From Octopus vulgaris (Eukaryota): a DNA stretch of 64,000 nucleotides. The stretch covers positions 160,394,001-160,458,000 of the forward strand of contig OX597816.1 in the NCBI GenBank assembly GCA_951406725.2, in the 5' to 3' direction. Below the pieces are notes generated by a model, which saw only the letters and a program-made list of their open reading frames with translations, was not told the DNA's origin and did no database searches. This document shows, piece by piece, positions 52,950 through 64,000 of the stretch. The position numbers and the translations under genes are program-made. Within the stretch, counting starts at the first letter, position 1, and each line of letters opens with the position of its first letter.

Positions 52950-53165
52950 TGTTTAGCTGTCCTCTCACCTGTTTAGTTATCCTCTCACTAGTTTAGTTGT
53001 CTTTTCACCTGTTTGTTTGTCTTCTAACCTGTTTGTCCTCTCACTTGTTGGATTTTCCTTTCACCTATTTCGTTATCCTCACCTGCCTAGTTGTTTTCTT
53101 GTCTGTTTGTCTTCTCACCTATTAGTTTGTCCTCTCACCTGTCTAACAGTCCTCTTACCTGTTAG
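52950..53165 (+). repeat. ~20-bp minisatellite TTGTCCTCTCACCTGTTTAG
   Basis: About 10 degenerate units. Confidence 0.75.
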
Positions 53166-53399
53166 TTCATGCTCTTGCTGTCCAACTTGGTCACCCATTC
53201 TCTCTTAAAATATTTTATGCAAGTAAGGTAAACCATACAAAGTGTGAGGACAGAGCTGTTTGCAGAGTTCTTGGTAAGCTTAATCTGTGATACATTTTCT
53301 GCATCACTGATTAAGATACCTGATTAAAGATGATTATGGTTAAAGATTATGTAAATATTTTCATATGAAACAATGCAAGACCACAACCCTGTAAAAAAG

Positions 53400-53722
53400 G
53401 AGCACTTCGTTGGTTACAACGACGAGGGTCCCAGCTGATCCGATCAACGGAACAGCTTGCTCATGAAATTATTGTGCAAGTGGCTGAGCACTCCACAGAC
53501 ACGTGTATCTTTAATGTAGTTCTTGGGGAGATTCAGCATGACACAGAGTGTGACAAGGCAGCCCTTTGAAATACAGGTACTACTCATTTTTGCCAGCTGA
53601 GTGGACTGGAGCAATGTGAAATAAAGTGTCTTGCTCAAGGACACAATGTGTCACCAGAAATTGAACTCATGACCTTACGATCATGAGCTGAATGCCCTAA
53701 CCACTAAGCCACGTGCCTTCAC
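53400..53722 (-). mobile_element. SINE family D (CORE-like central domain)
   Basis: tRNA head plus TGTGTCCTTGAGCAAGACACTTTATTTCAC..CTCCAGTCCACTCAGCTG. Copies also at 9400-9715, 34570-34865, 46365-46680 and 57520-58352. Confidence 0.85.
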
Positions 53723-54114
53723 AGAATATTTGTATAAAACCCTATCTTGTACCATTCATGACATGCCTTAACTTCTTAATAAATAGTTATCAGCTGTTTG
53801 TTTCATTCAAAAACATTATTCATTCTCATTAAAAATATTGTCTACACCAGTGCACTTACTCTAAGCGTGACTCTCAAATTCATATTACTGTGAAACATGA
53901 ATCACACAGGGATTGTTCATTCATCTACAGGTGCACACTTGTCAGTGTGTGTGTGTGTGTGTGAATGTTCATCAGATCTACATCATTTGTTTCTTTTAAA
54001 GACCTTTTATATATAATTTGATGATTTTTAAGTTTAGAAAATTTTTTCCTCAAAAACACACACGTACACACACACACACACTCCTTCTTGTAGAAGAGCA
54101 TAGGCATGGAATTT

Positions 54115-54325
54115 CTTTTTTATTCTTTTACTTGTTTTAGTCATTTGACTGGCTATTCTGGAGCACCGCCTTTAGTCAAACAAATCAGCCCCAGGACTTA
54201 TTCTTTGTAAGCCTAGTACTTATTCTATTGGTCTCTTTTTGCCGAACTGCTAAGTTATGGTGATGTAAACACACCAACATCGGTTGTCAAGTGAGGGGGG
54301 GGGAACAAACACAGACACACACATT

Positions 54326-54366
<41 letters not shown>

Positions 54367-54485
54367 GGGCTTCTTTCAGTTTCCACCTACCAAATCCACT
54401 CAAAAGACTTTGGTCAGCCTGAGACTCTATGAGAAGACAGTTGGCCAAGGTGCTATGCAGAGGGACTGAACTTAGAACCATGTGG
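54115..54485 (-). mobile_element. SINE family A
   Basis: Tail, microsatellite and most of the head. Confidence 0.8.
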
Positions 54486-56237
54486 AAATATAGTGCTCAA
54501 GAACTTCAGTTTGAACAATCTTCATCATGTTTCATTCTTAGATACTTTTATTAAATTCATTCAGTTGTTAAAAATAAATAAATCTTGGAATTAAATGGTT
54601 TTGATTTACTGTCAGGTGACTTTTGGCCAGCTCTGTATGTATGTGTGTATGTGTGTGTTTGTGTATAGTTTTGATCTTTTAAAATCTAAAATCCCTTTTT
54701 CTTAAGATTCCACCACATACTTTATGTACTCGTCAGTGTCTCTGCACTCTCATAGACACTACTTTCCAGACTAATGAAATCCCAAAGCTTCTCTCTCTTC
54801 GTACCTCTAGGAACCACAACAGCTGTTCATGGTCTTCAGCTGTCTTCTGTTGTTCTACTGCATGCCTGTCACCATTAGAATATTGGTTCTAAAGTGTTGA
54901 GTAAGAGTAATAATAATTTTTTATGATTGAAATAAAACTGGAATCTTTCAAGTAGACAATAAACTGAATGGTTAGTTACTCATGGCAACAGCACTAATAA
55001 AACCATTGACACCACCACCACCATCACCACATATATATGTGTATATGTATCTGTGTATGGATATATCTGTGTGTGTGTCTTTGTGTTTATCTCTCACCAC
55101 TGCTTTACATTCCCATAAGCTGGTATGGGTAGACACTTTGATGGGATCTGATGGGTCCAAGGACTGCATTGTACCCCTGCTGTCTGCTTTAGTTTCTACA
55201 GCTGGATGCCCTTCCTGACACCAACCACTTTACTGTGTGTAATGAATGCATTTTTGTTTTTTGCATGCTACTGGTCCTAGTAAGGTTGCTATGGAGATCA
55301 CAAAACTACAAATCCAGGGTAGGGTGAGGAGATGTGTGATTTAAATATGAAAGAAGAGAGGGAATGGCTAGCAGGTTCTTGTGGTTGAGGAGTTACATGG
55401 TTACACACCATTTGGCAAGTGGTACTAGATATCTTTGTACGCAGACTTTAAAAACATGTTCCTCATTTTAAAGACAAGTGGGAATTTGTGGAGAAAGATC
55501 CAAGCAGTTACTTTGTGCAAGTGAAGTGATTATATTCCGGTTCCAATTATCAGCTTCTTGTTAAAGAGAATATTCGCTATAGTGTTGAATGATGGTTCAA
55601 TGGATGTAGACATGATGGTGGTGATGCTGGGGATGGTGACAGTGGTGGTGGTGATGATGGTTGGTGATGGTGGTGGATTTAGTGTTAATGATTGTGGTGA
55701 TGATGATAATTATCACAGTTCTTCTTGTTGTTCCATTTTCATTCCAGTTATGTTCCAAGATGAATAGCCATTATTAATTCTTTTAAATGATATTGTTTTC
55801 CCCTGTGTAAAAACCTTCAACAGTATCACCTTTTGAGCAAGTGTCGAAAGCAAGGACACTTTCAAATTTCTTGATTTCATTTTACCATGTTTTTGATACA
55901 CACACACACACACATATGCACACACACATAATAGACAGGCCTAAGGCAGAGAAATATGCTACAAGGGAAGCCAATCTTCTCTAACGAACTCTTTGATGTA
56001 ACAGAGTCGATGCTGGGATGTGTTTTTATTTTGTTATCGTTCAGTAAACAAAGCTGACCTGGGAGCGAAGGCGTCATGGCTTTTAGGGAAAGCAATGCAA
56101 AGACGGAATTAAATGAGTGTAAACAAGTGACAAGTGTCTGAACAGATGAATTAGAGGGTTTGGTTAGAAGAAGGAAAGAAGAGAAGGGGAACTTGCTCAT
56201 TCCAGTTAAAGAGCTCTCTCTGCTATATAGAATGTGT

Positions 56238-56281
<44 letters not shown>

Positions 56282-56558
56282 ACACACACACACACACACA
56301 CACATATATGTATTGATAATAAGGAGAGTGAAGAATTTGAACATTCAAACTATATAAACAGGAAGTTTGAATGTTCACATTCCTCATTCTCCATATTATC
56401 AATGTTGTACTTTACATGCTAAGTAGCCAGGAAAAAAGTGTGAAATTGGATCGGAATTAAAGGAAATATATATATATTTATAAAAATTCGTGCTGCATCT
56501 CATTTATATGGAAAAAAAAGTCAGGGTAGAAAATGCTAAAATAATTTTATAAAAAACA

Positions 56559-56600
56559 TTTCAGTGCCGGTTTCAGTCATTGAGACATTTTCAACTGTAA
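56559..56600 (-). ncRNA. Hammerhead motif, U3:A8 family (decayed)
   Basis: Minus strand: ttacag-TTGAAAA-t.gtc.tcaat.gac.t-GAAAC-cg-GCA-ctgaaa. Same element as 14330-14470. Confidence 0.45.
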
Positions 56601-56713
56601 GTATGGAAAACAATTAAATTTTGGAAAAATTAAAAGTAAAGTTTTTTTAAAGAATATTTGCATCGTATTCAAATACAAGGGGCATTTTCCTTGTTTCAGC
56701 CTGTCTCTGTCTC

Positions 56714-56808
<95 letters not shown>

Positions 56809-57007
56809 AATAGATGTGTGTAGTTTTCCCTTGTTAACAATTAACACAGAAAAAATAGATAAATAATTACCAGAGTAGCAAAAAATCACACAAGAGGTTG
56901 TAACTCCTTGTTTTTAAAGGTAGAAACTCCAGGTTTACGTGAAATATTTTGTATAATATATATAAATAAATAAATTGTGTTAAACGCAGGTGTTGTTCAA
57001 ATTCTTT

Positions 57008-57098
57008 TACTTCTGAAGATATGTTTCGAAGATATCACTGGTATTATTCCAAAGGAATAAAATGGTGTAAAACAATGTAATCTTCTCTTCAGGGAAAT
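57008..57098 (-). ncRNA. Decayed hammerhead motif
   Basis: Minus strand: CTGAAGA-gaagat...atcttc-GAAAC-atat. Stem II is perfect; cleavage site and stem I are degenerate. Confidence 0.4.
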
Positions 57099-57443
57099 GA
57101 AGAAATGAAACTCATCAATAAGACATTTTAACAGAATATGATTGATATGTATAGTGATTAACTGAACGCTATTAAGTTTGTTTTTAAAAAAATACGTTAG
57201 AGGATATAACGTCAAAGGTAGCCTATATAAGTGATATCTATCATTATATATAATTTAATCATTAATTGTCTTCTTACATTTCACATTCACTAGATATATC
57301 TTTTCCCAAGACTATAGGGTTTTATTTAATTTACATATCGTTATATATTTCTCATTCATTTGTTTTTTTTCTTTCCTTTACCCCTCCTCTTTCTATTAAA
57401 TGATGAGATCAAAATTGATGATATATGTATGTATGTGTATGTA

Positions 57444-57478
<35 letters not shown>

Positions 57479-57597
57479 GTGTGTGTGTAGCTAAAAGTCC
57501 TTAATCATCAATTTTGCAGTTGCTGGTACTCTGTCAGTTACGATGACAAAGGTTTCTACTGATCCAATCAATGGAACAGACTGCTTGTAAAATTAAC

Positions 57598-57759
57598 GAG
57601 CAGGAGTGGCTGTGTGGTAAGTAGCTTGCTTACCAACCACACGGTTCTGGGTTCAGTACCACTGTGTGGTACCTTGGGTAAGTGTCTTCTACTATAGCCT
57701 CGGGCCGACCAAAGCCTTGTGAGTGGATTTGGTAGACGGAAACTGAAAGAAACCTGTCG

Positions 57760-57804
<45 letters not shown>

Positions 57805-58000
57805 CTGTGTTTGTCCCCTCAACATCGCTTGGCAACTGATCCTGGTATGTTTACATCCCTGTTACTTAGCAGTTCGGCAAAAGACACCGATAGAATAAGT
57901 ACTATGGCTTACAAAGAATAAGTCCTGGGGTCGATTTGCTTGACTAAAAGGCGGTGCTCCAGCATGGCCACAGTCAAATGACTGAAACAAGTAAAAGAGT
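57598..58000 (+). mobile_element. SINE family A nested in a family D SINE
   Basis: Full-length young copy interrupting AAATTAACG|AAGTGGTTGAG of family D. Confidence 0.88.
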
Positions 58001-58037
58001 AAGTGGTTGAGTACTCCACTGTCTCATGTTCTCTTAA

Positions 58038-58152
58038 CCCTTTGAGCCTGTAACACTGGTTTACTGAATGGCTTATTTTTCTCTATACTGTAGCACTGGT
58101 GGAGTGCCAGGCATATGGTAAAATAAAATTCAGGAGGTCAGGGCTAAAAGGG
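58038..58152. mobile_element. Short piggyBac-type MITE nested in a SINE
   Basis: TTAA-CCCTTTGAGCC...GGCTAAAAGGG-TTAA. Confidence 0.8.
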
Positions 58153-58690
58153 TTAATGTAGTTTGGGAGATTCAGTGTGACACAGAATGTAACAAGGCTG
58201 ACCCCTTTGAAAACTCAATTTGGCAGCTAATTGCACTGGAGCAATGTGAAATAAAGTGTCTTGCTCAAGGACACAACGCACCACTAAGAATTGAACTCAC
58301 GACCTTAGGATCACAAGCTGAATACCCTAACCACTAAGTCTTGTACCTTCACAATTTTGCTGTTAGATATATATATATATGTAGATTAAAACATTCTGTA
58401 AGATTAACAATCCTCCCACAAGATTTTCTATCAATTACATTTAAGGTGTGCTGCTTTCTCTCATGGGGGCCAGTCTCCTTGCCTCCATTATTCTTATTTG
58501 TTAGTTAGAGAAGACAAGAAACTAATGATGTGGGTTGTTTTAAATCCTTTTCCCTTCCTTTGTGCTCTTAAGGGATGGTCATTGATGGAAATAAGATTGA
58601 TGTAGGTGTATTGTTTGTAGCCACTTCCATTTTAAAAATAAATTTCATATTCTACATTATTTTGTTAGTCTTAAATTAACATCTCTCTTG

Positions 58691-58732
<42 letters not shown>

Positions 58733-59033
58733 CTACATTCAGGCGTGGTTATGTGGGAGTTTGTTTCCCAGCCCCATGGTTCCAGGCTCATTTTACTTCC
58801 TGATAGTCTGGTTGATACTACGACACTGTGCTATTATTTAGTTAGTCTTAATTAAATATCTGCCTATACATAGCCACAGATAGTTGTGGCTGTGTGGTAA
58901 AAAGCTTGCTTCCCAATCACATGGTTCTGGTTTCAGTGCCACTGCATGGCATCTTGGGCAAGTGTCTTCTAGTATAGCCATGGGCTGACCAAACCTTGTG
59001 AATGGATTTAGTAGATAGAAATTGAAAGAAACT

Positions 59034-59270
59034 CATCCATTCATCCCTCCATCCATTCATCATCCATCCATCAATGAATCAGTCAATGAATCCATCCATC
59101 AATTAATGAATCCCTCCATCCATCCATCAATCAATGAATCTATAAATCCATCCATCATTGAATCCATCAATGAATCCATCCATCCTTCAATCAATGAATC
59201 AATTAATGAATTCATCCATCCATCAATGAATCAATCAGTGAATCTATCTATCCATCCATCCATTCATCAT
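59034..59270. repeat. (ATCC)n/(ATGA/ATCA)n tetranucleotide mosaic replacing the middle of a SINE A
   Basis: SINE head at 58885-59033 and tail at 59360-59585. Confidence 0.8.
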
Positions 59271-59604
59271 TGTATGTCTATATCTTTGTATCTTTATTAG
59301 AAATCAACTCCTTCCTCAGAGGAAGAATTTAAATAATTGAAAACAGAAGAGAACATGCATGTGTGTGTGTGTGTGTGTTTGTATCTATGTGTATGTCTTT
59401 GTGTTTGTCCCCGCCACCGTTTGACAATAACTGGTGTCAGTGTTTACATCCCCATGACTTAGCAGTTTGGTTTGAAACTGACAATAAATCTCGGGCTTAA
59501 AAAATAAAAGGTGATCAGTTTGGTTAAAATCCTTGTAGGCAGTGCCCCAGCATGGCCATGGTCCATTGACTGAAACAAGTGAAAGATACATGTTGTGTAG
59601 ATTC

Positions 59605-60001
59605 AAGGCATGGCTGTGTAGTAAGAAGCTTGCTACCCAACCATATGGTTCTGGGTTCAGTCCCACTGCATGGCACCTTGGGCATGTGTCTTCTGCTATA
59701 GCCTTAGGCTAACAAAAACCTTGTGAGTGGATTTGATAGATGGAAACTGAAAGAAGCCCATCCTGTATATATGTGTATATATATATAGAGAAATTAAATT
59801 AGAGATAAAACCACTATTAGGCAACTCAAACAGTGATAGACATAAACCAAAACATAAAAAACAAAAAATAAATATAATTAATATAATATATATATATATA
59901 GAATATAAAATTTAAAAATTTATATTTTTAAATTTTTATACTTTTAAATTTTTATACTTTTAAATTTTTAAACTTTAAAATTTTTTTATACTCCCTAATA
60001 T

Positions 60002-60049
<48 letters not shown>

Positions 60050-60265
60050 TTGTGTGTGTGTATGTGTGTGTTTTCGTGTCTGTGTTTGTCCCGCCACCTT
60101 TGCTTGACAACTGATGTTGGTGTATTTATGTCCCCGAAACCTAACAGTTTGGCAAAAGAGACCAATAGATTAAGTACTAAGGCTTACAAAGAATAAGTCC
60201 TCGTTTTGATTTGTTCAACTAAAGGTGGTGCTCCAAATGACTGAAACGTGTAAAAGAGTAAAAGA
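59605..60265 (+). mobile_element. SINE family A with AT-rich insertion in its microsatellite
   Basis: Head 59605-59765 and tail 60050-60265. Confidence 0.75.
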
Positions 60266-60278
60266 TATATATATATAA

Positions 60279-60552
60279 AGCCTCGACTGGCTTCCGTGCC
60301 GGTGGCACATAAAATACACCAATCCGACCGTGGCCGTTGCCAGCCTCGCCTGGCACCTGTGCAGGTGGCACGTAAAAAGCACCCACTACACTCACGGAGT
60401 GGTTGGCGTTAGGAAGGGCATCCAGCTGTAGAAACATTGCCAGATTAGACTGGAGCCTGGTGCAGCCTTCTGGCTTCCCAGAACCCCGGTCGAACCGTCC
60501 AATCCATGCTAGCATGGAGAACGGACGTTAAACGATGATGATGATGATGATG
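60279..60552 (+). mobile_element. Young RTE 3' tail
   Basis: Near-identical to 5290-5560. Confidence 0.85.
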
Positions 60553-60574
60553 AATGAGTGGATATTAATGTACA

Positions 60575-60630
<56 letters not shown>

Positions 60631-60955
60631 CATGACGGGCTTCTTTAAGTTTTCGTCTACCAAATCCATTCATAAGGCTTTGGTCTGCTCGAAGCTATAG
60701 TAGAAGACACTTGCCCAAGGTACCACACAGTGAGACTGAACCCGGAACCATGTGGTTGGGAAGCAAGCTTCTTACCACACAGCCACACCCATACCATGCC
60801 AGCATGGAGAATGATGTTAAATGATGGTGAATTATATATACATACACACACACACACATACATATTTGAAAGTCAATGAGAATTACTTAATACAGTTTTG
60901 AAGTGTAAAAGTAATTCTTAAAAAGAAATTATTTTTCAAAAAATGTTATAAAATC

Positions 60956-60992
<37 letters not shown>

Positions 60993-61286
60993 TATACACA
61001 CATGTACACACACATATATATACCAGGCTCTTGTAGGCTAGAAACATAGAATGTTTCCAATGCAGCACTCATCCAACACTGTTGGATTCGAAACCAGTTA
61101 CCAAATTCTTCAAGTGTAGAAAATTCTGGTTTCATAGCAGTAAAACCGTTGTGTGGGTTTAGCAAAGATTAAAATATAACCCAATATAAGAAGACAAAGA
61201 AAGACTGTGTTAAGGATTTTGTTTGTCTTCTTGTTCAGATTTTATTGATATATATACATATATATGTATCTCAAAGATGGGTGAGG

Positions 61287-61400
61287 TTATTTTACTAATC
61301 TTTTATAGTTCCTCCGCTGTGTAGCATTTTCCTTTTTCCACTTCTGGAATAAATGCTGGATATGGTATCTTTGTTTTGAAGAATGAAGTGTATTTAGTGA
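61287..61400 (-). mobile_element. Possible decayed Penelope-like GIY-YIG endonuclease fragment
   Basis: SKQRYHIQHLFQKWKKENAT resembles the FK-RY--H---F-----NAT-L motif of PLE endonucleases. Short and recognised from memory. Confidence 0.3.
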
Positions 61401-61514
61401 TAGTGGTACTTGTAGGCGGTTGTGATAGCTGTGGGTGGTGTTAATAGTTGTGGGTTGTGGTGATAACGCAGGTAGCTGGGATAGTGGTTGTAGCAGTTTT
61501 AGTAACAATAATAT

Positions 61515-61850
61515 GGGTCAGTGGTTAGAGTGTCCAGCTTACGATTGTGAGGTTGTGAGTTTGATTCCTGGACTGGGCTGTGTGTTGTGCTCTTGAGCAA
61601 GACACTTTATTTCATGTTACTCCAGTTCACTCAGCTGTAGAAATGAGTTGCAATATCAATGGCATTAAGCTGTATCGGCCTTTGCCTTTCCCTTGGATAA
61701 CATCGGTGACATGGAGAAAGGAGATTGGTATGCATGGGCGACTGCTGATCTTCCATAAAAACAACCCTAGGTTGTGTTCGCCTGTGGGGTGACTTTCAGC
61801 CCAGACTTGTACCCCGGAGGGAAACCTCTTAGGTGCACCCATGATTATTT
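61515..61850 (+). mobile_element. SINE with family D CORE-like domain but a different tail
   Basis: Related copies at 5935-6230 and 62950-63075. Confidence 0.75.
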
Positions 61851-62324
61851 GTATTCAACAGAGTCGTTCAATATGATAATAATGAAATTACTGTGTATAG
61901 TGCTCAGGTGCATGTCTAGTACATAGAATTATTTACAAAAGTCAAGAAAGTGAACAGTATATGAGTCATGATATACATGTGTGTGTGCGTATGGAGGTGG
62001 GGAGATATCAGTTGTAGTGTTGGCCAATTTCAGGAAGCATGGAGGTTTTAACACTTTAGTGTTTAAACTGGCCAAATCCGGCCCAATATATTCTACATGT
62101 TTTATATTTGAACTAGCCATATCTAGCCTCTCACACCTAACCTACAGTGACATTCTAAAAATAAATATTCACATCATTGAAACCTCAAAGCTATAAGGTA
62201 ATGCATGATTATTTCAAAACAATTTAAATAAATAAGCATTACATTTAACAGAGTAATCTGAACACTAAAGGGTTAAAGGATGCACTGTCTCGGCAGCTAA
62301 CAACTGTGCAGGTAGTTTGTAATA

Positions 62325-62542
62325 ATAATTCTTTCTGCTGTAGACACAACGCCTGGAATTTTGGGGGATGGGTTAAGTCGATTACATCGACCTCAGTACT
62401 CAACTGGTACTTATTTCATTGACCCTGAAAGATGAAAGGCAAAATCAACCTCAGTAGAATTTGAACTCAGAACGGTCAGACATGAAATTCTGCTAAGCAT
62501 TTTGCCAGGCATGCTAACACTTCTGCCAGCTCACCATCTTAG
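62325..62542 (-). mobile_element. SINE family B
   Basis: Same head and central domain as the 43556 copy. Confidence 0.75.
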
Positions 62543-64000
62543 CAACAATAATAATAAGTAATTTTGGTGGTGATAGCAAAGTTTTCCTTTGTTTCTTGGC
62601 AACTTTTTATCACATTAAATATAATAACACTAACTTAACTATTATTTATCTATGAAGATAGGAACTCTGAGCTATTTAAATTTTAAACTTTTGCAGTTTA
62701 GTTGTTATTTTGTTCCAAACAGGCCTATGATCAAAAGCTTTCCAGCTCTGACCAGCCTGTCTTATTTCAACTTACTGTAGGTAGGATTGCAAGTTTTAAT
62801 CTTCGGTAGAATTTCTTCTAAGACAAAATTTCAGTATTCCAGGAGAAATTAAGGGATTCTTTATGAGATTTATTCTCCTTAAGGGTGATTAAAGTTGATT
62901 ATAAGAAAACTGTTTAATTAATATAAGGCTATTAATTTCATGTTATGTGGATGCACATGGCTCAGTGGTTTCAATTCCTGAACTGTGTGATGTGTTCTGT
63001 TCTTGAGCAAAACACTTCCTTTCATACTGCTCCAGTTCACTCTGCTAGCAAATATGAGTTATCCTGTGAGGGTCTGCCAGCCCATCCAGGATGGAATATA
63101 TATATCAGATTGGAGCCTGGTGCAGCCATCTGGTTTGCCAATCCTCAGTCAAATTGTCCAACCCATGCTAGCATGGAAAGCGGACATTAAATGATGATGA
63201 TATATATGCCAGAGAAACTGGGAAACTAGCCCTATGCTCCTTACAGTGTAATGTGGATTAACCAATTTCATGTAATTCAAGAATCCCCTGTATTACAGAA
63301 GAGTTGCACTCATAAAAATCTTGCTGTAACATAGAGTTCCCTAACATGAACCCAGTTTTCGCATTGCTTCCACATAATATGAAAGTTAATGTCAAAAAAG
63401 GGACAGTGTTACAGAACTCTACATCACAACAACATTTTCAAGAATACAATATTTTCATATCAAGGGGGGATTCTTGTAAACTGTGTTTTATACTTGCAGG
63501 GCTGATGCCTGGATGTTCAGCATCCCAGGCTAGTCTTACGTGTACCATCTTCTCACTGTTGTATATTGTTCACCCCTTCTCTCTGCCTTACAATGAGTAA
63601 CTCCTTCTTTCTGTGTTACAATATGTACCCTTTCTCTTTATCTTACAATGTGAAACCCTTCCTTGCAACCCTACCATAAGCACCCCATACTCTTAGTCTC
63701 ATAATGTGTGTCATGGGCCTGTTAAAAGGAGGGTTCAAGTAGTACATTAAACTGGGCCTTGGAGAGCCAAAGAAGGGCCCAGTCAATATATATGGCACCC
63801 TCATTTTAATATTCACTGGAATCTCTCATCTCCAGAACCCTGAAAAACAGTTGTTCCACCTTGTAAAATTTCTCTCAGAAGCCCTACATTATGTCTCCCC
63901 TTCTCTCTGCAAGACAGTTTGCCCCTGCTCTTCCAGGTTCTACATTGTGCATCTCCTTTAACAATTTTTTCTACAAATTCCTCTAGCCATCACCTTCTTT

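Noticed and set aside
61060-61105. Hairpin plus GAAAC resembling a hammerhead half
   Set aside because: The CUGANGA core is absent.
52403-64000. Further UGCG exons
   Set aside because: No segment resembling the expected next motif (E-LFCV-D--DPA) was found; the gene probably continues beyond the window.

Overview
This is AT-rich, microsatellite-laden eukaryotic DNA. The SINE/LINE repertoire and style point to an octopus (coleoid cephalopod) genome, which is an inference from repeat families. Real coding content is minimal: the first two coding exons of a ceramide glucosyltransferase (UGCG) gene on + (49755-49858 and 52261-52402, a frame-consistent phase-2 junction), and one isolated IDH3A-like exon (14531-14703) with a good donor but no AG acceptor. 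The rest is transposon debris: RTE LINE 3' ends, CR1/L2-group LINE fragments, several modular tRNA-derived SINE families, and piggyBac, hAT, Merlin-like and Tc1-like MITEs. The most striking unannotated signal is a set of about ten dispersed type I hammerhead ribozyme motifs from several sequence families. They have palindromic stem III, include U3:A8 and C4 core variants, sit in short AT-rich elements mostly embedded in (TA)n tracts, and look like Penelope-like element or retrozyme remnants. Almost all ORF-track entries are microsatellite or repeat artefacts. All structures were read by eye and none were computed.
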